Positions 39,765 through 48,947 of a stretch of DNA of 64,000 nucleotides are shown here, piece after piece; position 1 is the first letter of the stretch; every line of letters starts with the position of its first letter. A model generated the notes under the pieces. That model had not been told where the DNA came from. It saw only the letters and a program-made list of their open reading frames with translations, and ran no database searches. The position numbers were made by a program, and so were the translations under genes. Origin of the DNA: an uncultured Verrucomicrobiae bacterium (GTDB taxonomy: Bacteria; Verrucomicrobiota; Verrucomicrobiia; Limisphaerales; Palsa-1400); the NCBI GenBank assembly GCA_963764165.1, contig CAVXRD010000001.1:1536001-1600000 (forward strand), read 5' to 3'.

Positions 39765-39945
39765 ACCACCAATGTATCCCCCCAGCCAGAATTCACCTCC
39801 ACCTCGACGGGGATCCTCCTTCGTTGAAGCTTCGGAGGACAGGAGGCTTCAATTCCATTGACATCCGCCGTCGAGCTATTCGCGCTTCGGCAAGACAAGT
39901 CAGCGGATAAAACGCGGGCCAGCATGGGCGGATATTGGGCGATGG
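39765..39945 (-). pseudogene. Second copy of the comM 5' end (about 32 codons) with two in-frame palindromic insertions
   Basis: Aligns to 39010-39120 apart from insertions at 39814-39843 and about 39864-39899. Confidence 0.85.
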
Positions 39946-39966
39946 CGGGGCCGAGGGCAATGAGGT

Positions 39967-40087
39967 TTTTGTCGCGAAAAACCAAGGGTGCAATAGGGTG
40001 CAATAGCATGCAATGCCTCAATCACGAATTATCAAGTCGGCGAGGAAAACTGCGAAATATCAAAGAACATGCCTTGACGGCGACAGG
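39967..40087 (-). ncRNA. Candidate ~130-nt ncRNA/leader, copy 1
   Basis: Preceded by TTGACA-N17-TATTTT; TGTCGC/GCGACA ends; homologous to 51147-51265 and 63008-63140. Confidence 0.55.
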
Positions 40088-40162
40088 GGAAAAATAAGCC
40101 CAAAATTCTTTTTTGTCAATTATGATTGCAGTTACACTGTTTCGTGGTATTGTCGAAAGCGT

Positions 40163-40827
40163 ATGACAACCGTATCATCGATTGTTCAGCCGGGGCCGGA
40201 GGCGAATACAGCGCCGGGGGCGCCGGGGCAGGAGTGCCGCGGGCCGACGGGCCGCGCCCGCACCAGCAAGATCGCGCGCCTGCCCGCCGATATCCGGGCT
40301 GAATTGAACGAGCGGCTTCTGGAGGCGGAAGCGCCAGCCGCGATTGTGGAATGGCTCAACGGCCTGCCGGAGGTGCAGCGCACGAGGACCGCCTCAATAA
40401 AATCCTGGGCACAGGCCGCTTCGCCGCCAACTGGAACAACGACCTAAGACGATGGGAAGGTCCGGGAGCAGCCATGCGGTATGAGGAGGAGGAAGTCACG
40501 CTCCAGGTGCGGACGGAAATGAAGCGGCGCTATCCGAATGGTTTCCCGGAAGGCTACCGCCCTCCCTACGGCGACCCGCTGCCGGTTTACCCCGCGCCCG
40601 TTGACACCCCAAAGAGTGTCAATCATTCAGAGCAGAAGCCTGGCGTTCCAGCGCGCAGCGACAGCCCGCCCAACAATTCCGTTGGGAACGAGGAATGTGC
40701 ATCCGCCCCAAGGCAACGGACAGAACAGGAGCCCGCGCGATTGGATGTTGGGCGACAACCGACAAATGAACACATTATCAAGATGACGCCTGCGCATGGG
40801 GGCGCGGGTGTGACTGCAAGCGGGTAA
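40163..40827 (+). pseudogene. DUF3486-like ORF, frameshifted near 40385
   Basis: SKIARLPADIRAELNERL..WLNGLPEV, then continuation in another frame. Confidence 0.5.
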
Positions 40828-41369
40828 CAATATTTGGGCGGACGCGCAGGTCGGCCCTGCCAAATCTCGGCAGGGTGGCGCTGCGTCGCCGCACCAATGT
40901 CACCCACCGACCTGCGAGAGACTTTTTTACAACAAGCCCGGTAGGGACACTAAAAAATTTGTCTTACAATGATAGCAAAGTGATTTTCTGCCTCATTCAA
41001 GAGCCTCGCTAAAGAGCCTCGTTAAGGTAGACACTTTATCATCGAACGCATCGACGGCGCGGCTTACAAAAGCTGATTAGATACAATCCTCTAAACCGTC
41101 CTTAACAAAGACGCGAGTGTCCGAATACTGGACGGTTTAGAGGTCAACCTATCGTAACGCCCAGAGAAGACATGACTGGATACGTGCCGTTTATTTATGC
41201 TAAATACCGCATCCTATGAATCCAAAGCATGACCTATGCCCGCTTTTATTAATTCGTATAAAAAAAATGAATGAAATTTATTAAACTACTTGACACTCAC
41301 GATCGAGATCTCTACTCTGCCCGTCATCCCACCAACGAGCAGAAATCATTTAAACGAAAGGCATGCCAA

Positions 41370-43154
41370 ATGAAGACTATCAGTGTCTATATGTGTTCCA
41401 TTCTATTCGCAAGCTGTCTGGCTGTTCAGGCGTTCGAACGTGAAGTGTGGATATCCCCGATTGGGCCGGCGGTGACAAACGCGTTTACCAGCGACACCTC
41501 TGTAACCGTCACTGGCACGGGAACAGTCGTATATCCGGAAAATGTTATTGGAACTCCAACATATCCATTTCGCTGTCCGGACGCCAGCTCGCTCAGCAAC
41601 GTCCTTCATTGGGTGCTTCCAGAGACCAATATGACAATCCACTTCATGGTCGGGACATTCGAGACGCAGGTTGGCGCCATTGTGGTCGAGCATGGATGGA
41701 GATTAGTGGGGGCCGGAATCGATAATACGATCATTCAAATGACCCCCGGCGCTGTTGTTCAGGACGGGTCCCTTTGCGTCATCGGCGCCTGGAATGGCTC
41801 CGGTGTTAATAACGCGGACAGCGTGGAGGTTGCTGACATGACGGTGGACTGCAACCTCATTAACAGTAATGTAACCGTAACATCCGGTGGTTTTCTTGGC
41901 GCGGTGGGGTTTGGCGGCAACGACACGAGGATTTCCCGCGTCAAAGTTATCAACTGGGGATCACCGAGCGGCAGCCCGGTCACCTGCTATGTCTTGAACT
42001 TGGGCACGTCCAGCACCGGCGGCCCCGTCACAAACTGCGTGATTGAAGGTTGCATCCTGACTCAACCCGCGGCGGGGGCGTCCGGTGCGGGCGTCATAGG
42101 TATTTCCGCAGGAACAGGAAATGGGCCCATATATGCCGGCGTGCTTCGAAACAATGTTGTCTACAATGTGGGCGCGGGGGGCTCGGGCCAACCGGGAGCT
42201 TTTGTCGCATACCAGCCAAGTGGTTTGACGCTGAACAACATCGCGACGGGCCTTTCAGGAAACAGCACCTCCGTCTTCGCTGCTTCCGGAGACTTCGTCG
42301 ATGCAGTCGTGGATGGAAACGTTTTTGACAACGTTGCCAACGGGATCGAGATCGATTCGGAAAGCGGGTTTTCGACGAATGTGATATTAAAGAACAACGT
42401 GATTCGGGTGAACGGTGGAAACGGTATCTGGTATTACACAGGCGGGAGCTCGAATCACTGGGCGTCCAATTTAGTGATTATGGACAACATCGTCTACCCG
42501 TCTTTAACTGCCACCTCGTGCACCCCGCTGGCCATTGGGAACTATCTGTCCGCATCTGTGATGAACAACATCTTTCAGCATGCCGGCTCCGAACCAGATG
42601 TTTATATGAACTGGTATTTTACTCCGAACCCTCAGCATTCTGTCTCTACAAGCGATAGTATTCAACTAAACACCTGGGCTGGCAATGTTAATTTTAGCGG
42701 AACACAGCTTGTTGAGACCAGCGATTGGGATTGGCAGCCCGGGGACCAGGACACCATTCAGTTCACGCCGACGAGCGCGGGCTGGTACAGGATCATGACC
42801 GGCGTATATTACGGTTCAATCGCGGCGGATATTACCATAGATTCGCCGATGTGGAACGGATATATTACCGACACCGAGTTTTGGTTCCGCATGATGGGCG
42901 GGAGCACCTCCAGCACCATTGGCGAGGTGGTTGAAAACCGGCGCGGCAGTTATCCGTTTGGGACGGCGGGGAATGTCACTGAGGTTAGAGTTGGCTGCGA
43001 TGGCTCTTACACATACCTCGACGTTTACGTGCCGTCGACCACGGGTGCTCTGCCAATCAGTGTCACGGCAAAGGGCCTTCTTCGAGGCAGGCTTGAGGTT
43101 CCCACCGGGCCAACAACAACTGCGCCTACGGTGTCGTTCACACAAAGCCTCTAA
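41370..43154 (+). CDS. Secreted parallel beta-helix protein, paralog 1
   Basis: Signal peptide ending AVQA; LVGAGIDNTII, TVDCN, repeated N-x-I/V-x-x-N strands. Confidence 0.8.
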   Translation: MKTISVYMCSILFASCLAVQAFEREVWISPIGPAVTNAFTSDTSVTVTGTGTVVYPENVIGTPTYPFRCPDASSLSNVLHWVLPETNMTIHFMVGTFETQVGAIVVEHGWRLVGAGIDNTIIQMTPGAVVQDGSLCVIGAWNGSGVNNADSVEVADMTVDCNLINSNVTVTSGGFLGAVGFGGNDTRISRVKVINWGSPSGSPVTCYVLNLGTSSTGGPVTNCVIEGCILTQPAAGASGAGVIGISAGTGNGPIYAGVLRNNVVYNVGAGGSGQPGAFVAYQPSGLTLNNIATGLSGNSTSVFAASGDFVDAVVDGNVFDNVANGIEIDSESGFSTNVILKNNVIRVNGGNGIWYYTGGSSNHWASNLVIMDNIVYPSLTATSCTPLAIGNYLSASVMNNIFQHAGSEPDVYMNWYFTPNPQHSVSTSDSIQLNTWAGNVNFSGTQLVETSDWDWQPGDQDTIQFTPTSAGWYRIMTGVYYGSIAADITIDSPMWNGYITDTEFWFRMMGGSTSSTIGEVVENRRGSYPFGTAGNVTEVRVGCDGSYTYLDVYVPSTTGALPISVTAKGLLRGRLEVPTGPTTTAPTVSFTQSL

Positions 43155-43210
43155 TATCGTCATGGACTTGGTCATTTAACGAGCAGAAATCATTAAAAAA
43201 GGAGTATTAA

Positions 43211-44986
43211 ATGAAGGCTATCAAAGTCTATGGATGTTTTTTTCTATTCGCAAGCTGTCTAGCCGCTCAGGCGCTAGAAAGAGAGGTTTGGATATCCCCG
43301 ATTGGGGCGGCTGTAACAAACGTCACTAACATCAACGTCTCTGTCAGCGTCGCCGGCACGGGAACGATCGTGTACCCGGCGAATCTTACTGGAACTGAAA
43401 CATATCCATTTCGCTGTCCGGATGCCACCTCGCTCAGCAACGTCCTTCACTGGGTGCTTCCACAGACCAATATGACAATCCACTTCATGGCCGGGACATT
43501 TGAGACGGAAGTTGGCACGATTGTTGTCCAGATCGGATGGAAACTAAGAGGAGCCGGAATCGATGATACAATCATTCAAATGACACCCGGCGCTACTGTG
43601 CCGGACGGGGCTCTTTGCGTCATCGACTGGTGGAATGGCCGCGGTGTTAATAACGCGGACCATGTGGAGGTTTCTGATTTGACGGTGGACTGCAACCTTG
43701 CTACCCTTACCGTGATCCCCGGTGGCAAGCTTGGCGCTATTCAGTTTGGAGGCAACGACATAAAGGTCTCCCGCGTCAAAGCCATCAACTGGGGCTCAGC
43801 AACCGGCGCCTCGAACGAATGCTTTGTTTTCGCCTTGAGCGCCTCCAATACTGGCGGTCCCGCCACAAACTCCGTGATTGAAGACTGCATCGTGACTCAA
43901 CCCGCGGCGGCGTCCGGTGCGGGCGTCACAGGCATTTCCGCTGGGCAAGGAAACGGGAACCAAGTCGCCAACGTGGTGCGGAACAATGTTGTCTACGGTG
44001 TGGCCTCAGGGGGCACAAATCAGCCAGGATATATTAACGCTTACGTGGCAGGTGCCATGACGATAAACAATATCGCGACGGGATTGCTGGGGCCCGGAAG
44101 CGACTGCGTCCACATTGACAGCTATAGCTTTGTCGATTCGGTCGTGAGCGGAAACATTTTTGACAACGTCACCGCGGGAATGACCTTCAATATGATCAAT
44201 TCAAATTCATCGACGAATTTGGTATTAAAGAACAACGTGATTCGTCTGAATGGTGGATCGGGCATCTGGTATTTAACAGGCTCGAATTACTGGGCGTCCA
44301 ATTTAATGATTATGGACAATATCGTTTACCCGTCTTTAACTGCCACCACGTGCAACCCGCTGTCCATTGGGAACTATATGACCGCATCGGTGATGAACAA
44401 CATTTTTCAGTACGCCGGCTCCAATGCGGATCTTATCATGAACTCTAATTTTACTCAGAACCCTCAGAATTATTACTCTACAAGTGGTGCTTTGCAACTA
44501 AACACCTGGGCCGGCAATGTTAATTTTAGCGGAACACAGCTTGTTGAGGCCAACGACTGGGATTGGCAGCCCGGGGACCAGGACACCATTCAGTTCACGC
44601 CGACGAGCGCGGGCTGGTACAGGATCATGACCGGCGTATATTACGGTTCAATCGCGGCGGATATTACCATAGATTCGCCGATGTGGAACGGATATATTAC
44701 CGACACCGAGTTTTGGTTCCGCATGATGGGCGGGAGCACCTCCAGCACCATTGGCGAGGTGGTTGAAAACCGACGCGGCAGTTATCCGTTTGGGACGGCG
44801 GGGAATGTCACTGAGGTTAGAGTTGGCTGCGATGGCTCTTACACATACCTCGACGTTTACGTGCCGTCGACCACGGGTGCTCTGCCCATCAGTGTCACGG
44901 CAAAGGGCCTTCTTCGAGGCAGGCTTCAGGTTCCCAGCGGGCCCACAACGACTGCGCCTGCGGTGTCGTTCACACAAAGCCTTTAA
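43211..44986 (+). CDS. Secreted parallel beta-helix protein, paralog 2
   Basis: Colinear with paralog 1; RBS GGAG; near-identical 3' ~490 bp. Confidence 0.82.
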   Translation: MKAIKVYGCFFLFASCLAAQALEREVWISPIGAAVTNVTNINVSVSVAGTGTIVYPANLTGTETYPFRCPDATSLSNVLHWVLPQTNMTIHFMAGTFETEVGTIVVQIGWKLRGAGIDDTIIQMTPGATVPDGALCVIDWWNGRGVNNADHVEVSDLTVDCNLATLTVIPGGKLGAIQFGGNDIKVSRVKAINWGSATGASNECFVFALSASNTGGPATNSVIEDCIVTQPAAASGAGVTGISAGQGNGNQVANVVRNNVVYGVASGGTNQPGYINAYVAGAMTINNIATGLLGPGSDCVHIDSYSFVDSVVSGNIFDNVTAGMTFNMINSNSSTNLVLKNNVIRLNGGSGIWYLTGSNYWASNLMIMDNIVYPSLTATTCNPLSIGNYMTASVMNNIFQYAGSNADLIMNSNFTQNPQNYYSTSGALQLNTWAGNVNFSGTQLVEANDWDWQPGDQDTIQFTPTSAGWYRIMTGVYYGSIAADITIDSPMWNGYITDTEFWFRMMGGSTSSTIGEVVENRRGSYPFGTAGNVTEVRVGCDGSYTYLDVYVPSTTGALPISVTAKGLLRGRLQVPSGPTTTAPAVSFTQSL

Positions 44987-45185
44987 TGATGGGCGAGCCG
45001 TGCTTAGAAACCGGCCGCACGCGATTCACAACTCAGCTCGGGACGTTGGGCGCGCCGCCGCTAGGGCGCGCTCAACGCCTCAACTGCCACATCGACATGG
45101 GTGAGGGCTCCGCAACAGGGTGTCTCGAATGTCGATTGCATTTGGAACTTGTGCATGACCGCGACTGCGCATATTCTATATTTTC

Positions 45186-46140
45186 ATGAACCACACGCCT
45201 AAAGTGAAAGATGCCAATCACTCGGGGGCAAGGATTGGACCCGCCAACGGATTTACCTTGATCGAACTGCTGGTCGTGATCGCCATTATCGCCATCCTGG
45301 CGGCGATGCTGCTGCCGGCTTTGAGCAAGGCTAAAATTCAGGCCCAAGGCGTTCAGTGCATGAATAATGGAAACCAATTGAGCAAAGCCTGGCAGATGTA
45401 CGCGGGAGACAACCATGACGGGTGCGTCAATAATTTCGGCGTTACCGAAACAGATTATGTGGAGGCCCAGACACTCAACCCGGACTATGGCACCTGGGTT
45501 ATGAATGTCATGGATTGGACGACGGCCGAGCAGAACACGAATGTGTCGTATATTCAAAAAGGGCTCCTGGGGCCTTACATGGCCGGTTCCGCGGGGGCCT
45601 ACAAGTGTCCGGGCGACCATTATCTGAGCAGCGCGCAAATCGCGGCTGGATTTCCAGCGCGGGCCCGAAGTTATTCCATGAATTGCTTTCTTGGACATTT
45701 TTCTCCATGCGCCACGTGTGTGTCGGGAGCGGCCGGTTCCGGGACCGATGTCACTTACCAAGGCATGGACTGGGCCAATTCGGCGTGGCCGCAGGTACTT
45801 AAAGGTGGGCAGCATTCCCCAGCCCTCCCAAATTTTTGTGTTCCTCGACGAGCATGCCGATTCCATCAACGATGGCTATTTCGATTCTGGCCAGGCCGTT
45901 CAGGGAGTGCCCTCAACCTGGGGCGACTGCCCAGCCTCTTACCATAACGGAGCCTGCGGTTTTTCCTTTAGCGACGGCCATTCGGAAATTCACAAGTGGG
46001 TGGTCCCAGGCACGGACGCCCCGGTAATTCCCGGGGGCGCAAACTGGCCGGGGCCGTCGCTGGGGAGTCCTCCCAACTACAAGGATCGTTATTGGATCTG
46101 CGCCCATTCCAGCAGCGGCAATGGCCTCAACGCTCCATAA
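45186..46140 (+). pseudogene. Prepilin-type N-terminal cleavage / H-X9-DG domain protein, frameshifted at about 45795
   Basis: [25 protein letters not shown]; removing one G joins to [32 protein letters not shown]. Confidence 0.85.
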
Positions 46141-46213
46141 ACGGGCCGGGGCCAGCCCTCAGTTTTCGCGCTAGCCATGAGGTTCCATTCCGCTCCTCTC
46201 TCGAAAACGCTGT

Positions 46214-46630
46214 TCAGTCACTTGGGCGGGGGTTTTTATTGCCTTGGCGCACAATTGGGGCGCGGTCATTGCCCAGACGGTTTAATTGCTCTGCGGTCGC
46301 CGGCTGTGTGAGCACTTTCAGCAATCTGTAGTTTTTCCCGGGCGGTATCGGCAATAATAATCCCGCCAAACTCGAATCTTCCGGCAAATCTTCCCACCCT
46401 TGAGCACCCGTCATTTTATGTTTTTCCCCGAACTTGCTGACATTCGGGATAATAACTTCTTCAGCCGATTCACGGCGCACCCAATAGTTTTTGCTTTCGA
46501 TTCGGGCAGGCCCGCCAAAAATCGCCTCGTCAAATGGCAGCTCGAATTCGCCCCCGGGGCCGCGCATTAAAACTGTCAGCTTTCCTCCGGGTTTAACCTC
46601 AACATTATTTTGCACAACGCGATTGCACAT
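46214..46630 (-). CDS. Minimal SRAP (YedK/HMCES)-like protein
   Basis: N-terminal MCNR, ARIES, FGE, VLTQPA..NDRAPIV. Confidence 0.55.
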   Translation of the reverse strand: MCNRVVQNNVEVKPGGKLTVLMRGPGGEFELPFDEAIFGGPARIESKNYWVRRESAEEVIIPNVSKFGEKHKMTGAQGWEDLPEDSSLAGLLLPIPPGKNYRLLKVLTQPATAEQLNRLGNDRAPIVRQGNKNPRPSD

Positions 46631-46768
46631 GTTTTTCAGTATGGGGGGCCACTCCCACGGTTGCCAATTCCAATTGGGAGGACAATCAAACGCAGCCCGG
46701 GACGGTTACCGAAACGCGCGCACCCGTCTTGACTGTGAGGACAAATGGGGGCAAACGTAGGCTGAAAT

Positions 46769-47872
46769 ATGCCTGAGCAATCCACAAGGGCCGAGCTTCC
46801 GCCCATAAATCGAAGCACTGCTTATGCGAGTTGCGTTTGGTTGGAGGGCGGGCTGGCCTTTAACCGGCGGAGCCTGCACACCTGCCTCGTTGTCCATCAC
46901 GGACGCGGATGTCCCGAGCTGATGAAATTCAACGGCGGCGAAATCCCCGTCAGGCAAATCTTGGCCGCGCGAGACGAGATGATTCGCCAGAACCAGACGG
47001 GCCGGCATCCAGCGTGCCGGGATTGTCCGCACCTGGTTACAAAACTCTGGCCGCAGCCGCGATATCCGTTCCATACCATAGGAATCGCCAATTTTACCCG
47101 CTGCAATCTGCGCTGCAATTATTGCTTTCTTCAGACCGCGGTGGATCGCTCGATTTTGAACGGAGGCGACCAGCCCTATCGCGTCATGCCTGTTTTGCAG
47201 CAGTTGATCCGCGATGGCTTGCTGGCTCCCGACGCCTTCATAGACTGGGGCGGTGGCGAACCGACGATCTACCCTGAGTTTGATTCAATCCTCGAGCTGA
47301 CGACCCTTCGCGGGGCCGGCAATCTCGTTCATACCAACGGCACGCGCTTTCCTGCGCCGCTAAAACAAGCTTTGCCCGCTGGAAAAGTCCACATTATCTG
47401 CTCGGTTGATGCGGGCAGCCGCGAAACTTATAAATTGATCAAGGAAGAAGATCTTTACGACCGGGTGTGGAAAAATCTGGCCGAGTACCAGAGAGTGGGC
47501 TGCTTGCTTTATGTAAAATATATAGTCAAGGAGGAGAATTGCAACAGCCCCGATCTGGTGGCTTTTGTCCAGCAAGTGCGCCAACTCGGGTCTCCCAAGG
47601 TGCTGGTTGATATCGACTATGACTTTCCGATTCCCAGCGCCGCGGTATTAAAAGGATTGTGCGAAATGGTGCAGGAATGCAAACGCAACCGTGTGCCGGT
47701 GGACGTGGGCTACACCGGCACCTATTTCACGCCCGAAGCAGGAACAAAAGAACTTGTGCTCCAGCAGACTCGCGCGGGTCTCTTTCCGGCGTTAAAAAAG
47801 GCCTTGCGCGGAATGACTGCTGCCGCAACGTCTTTCTTCGCCAGCCTCCGGCAAAGCGGAGGCTTGAAATAG
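46769..47872 (+). CDS. Radical SAM protein with N-terminal Cys cluster
   Basis: CNLRCNYC, GGGEP, TNG, SVDAG; N-terminal C..C..CRDC. Confidence 0.9.
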   Translation: MPEQSTRAELPPINRSTAYASCVWLEGGLAFNRRSLHTCLVVHHGRGCPELMKFNGGEIPVRQILAARDEMIRQNQTGRHPACRDCPHLVTKLWPQPRYPFHTIGIANFTRCNLRCNYCFLQTAVDRSILNGGDQPYRVMPVLQQLIRDGLLAPDAFIDWGGGEPTIYPEFDSILELTTLRGAGNLVHTNGTRFPAPLKQALPAGKVHIICSVDAGSRETYKLIKEEDLYDRVWKNLAEYQRVGCLLYVKYIVKEENCNSPDLVAFVQQVRQLGSPKVLVDIDYDFPIPSAAVLKGLCEMVQECKRNRVPVDVGYTGTYFTPEAGTKELVLQQTRAGLFPALKKALRGMTAAATSFFASLRQSGGLK

Positions 47873-48200
47873 CGCGGACCGCTTCAAGCGGCTTCGTGTT
47901 TGTTAGCCGCTCGGGCTTCTTTGCATTTTCGCTCGGTTCAGTTGGGTTGCTCGTTCCACGCATGCCTGAAATCGTCGATTGAATTCGCCGGCGCCTTGCC
48001 CTAGCCGGGGTTCGACGGCTAGGAATTAACTCAGGCGCCTGAAATCCGCGCCCTCCGCCTCAAACGCAAGGGCGGGTGGGATTGGGCGGGATTGGGCTTG
48101 CCAAGGATGGAATCGTGCAATAATAACAGCCGGATTCAGGCTGAATGAAAACATCACCGCTCCAATTTAAAGGGCCAGAAAACGCCGCGGGAGAGCTCGA

Positions 48201-48857
48201 ATGCCCCTGAGCATTCATAACTTCTACGGGCAAATTTTCAAGATCTGGCGGCGGCGCCGCTTTAATCTGTTTCTTCGCCTGGCCGCTCCAAGGCCGTCGG
48301 ATATCATGCTTGACGTCGGGGGGACACCGTGGTTTTGGGCCTCAAGCTCCGTGACAGTCAAACAAATTGACACGCTGAACCTTGTTCAACAAGACGTTAG
48401 CGCGGCCGTCGGCGCTCGATTTGTGGTTCGCTCGCTGGCGGGCGATGGGTGCCGTTTGGAGATGGCGGACAAGTCCTATGACATTGCTTTTTCCAACAGC
48501 GTGATCGAGCACGTGGGGTCATGGGAGCGGCAAGAATGCTTTGCGCGGGAAATTCGCCGGGTGGGAAGGTCGCTTTGGGTTCAAACACCGGCTTACGAGT
48601 GCCCATTTGAACCACACTACTTGACGCCATTCGTGCATTATTTGCCGGTGCCGGTCCGGCGCGCCGTTGTTCGCTGGTGCACCGTTTGGGGATGGCTGGA
48701 GCGGCCAACACCCGAGCAGGTTAACGAGATGGTGGTGATGACGCGCCTGCTCCGCAAATCGGAAATGCAGAAGTTGTTTCCCGATTGCCAAATCTTGACG
48801 GAGCGCCTCCTTTGGATCATTCCCAAATCCTACATTGCGTTTCGTTCCAGAGGCTAA
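48201..48857 (+). CDS. Class I SAM-dependent methyltransferase
   Basis: LDVGGT, GDG, YDIAFSNSVIEHVG, VQTP..EPH. Confidence 0.9.
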   Translation: MPLSIHNFYGQIFKIWRRRRFNLFLRLAAPRPSDIMLDVGGTPWFWASSSVTVKQIDTLNLVQQDVSAAVGARFVVRSLAGDGCRLEMADKSYDIAFSNSVIEHVGSWERQECFAREIRRVGRSLWVQTPAYECPFEPHYLTPFVHYLPVPVRRAVVRWCTVWGWLERPTPEQVNEMVVMTRLLRKSEMQKLFPDCQILTERLLWIIPKSYIAFRSRG

Positions 48858-48947
48858 TCGAGATGCGGCGTGATCGTGGATTGATGAGCGGCGCCCGGCC
48901 CCAACCCTCAAGGCGATTTTTGCGTCCCTGAAAATCGGCAGACCAGA

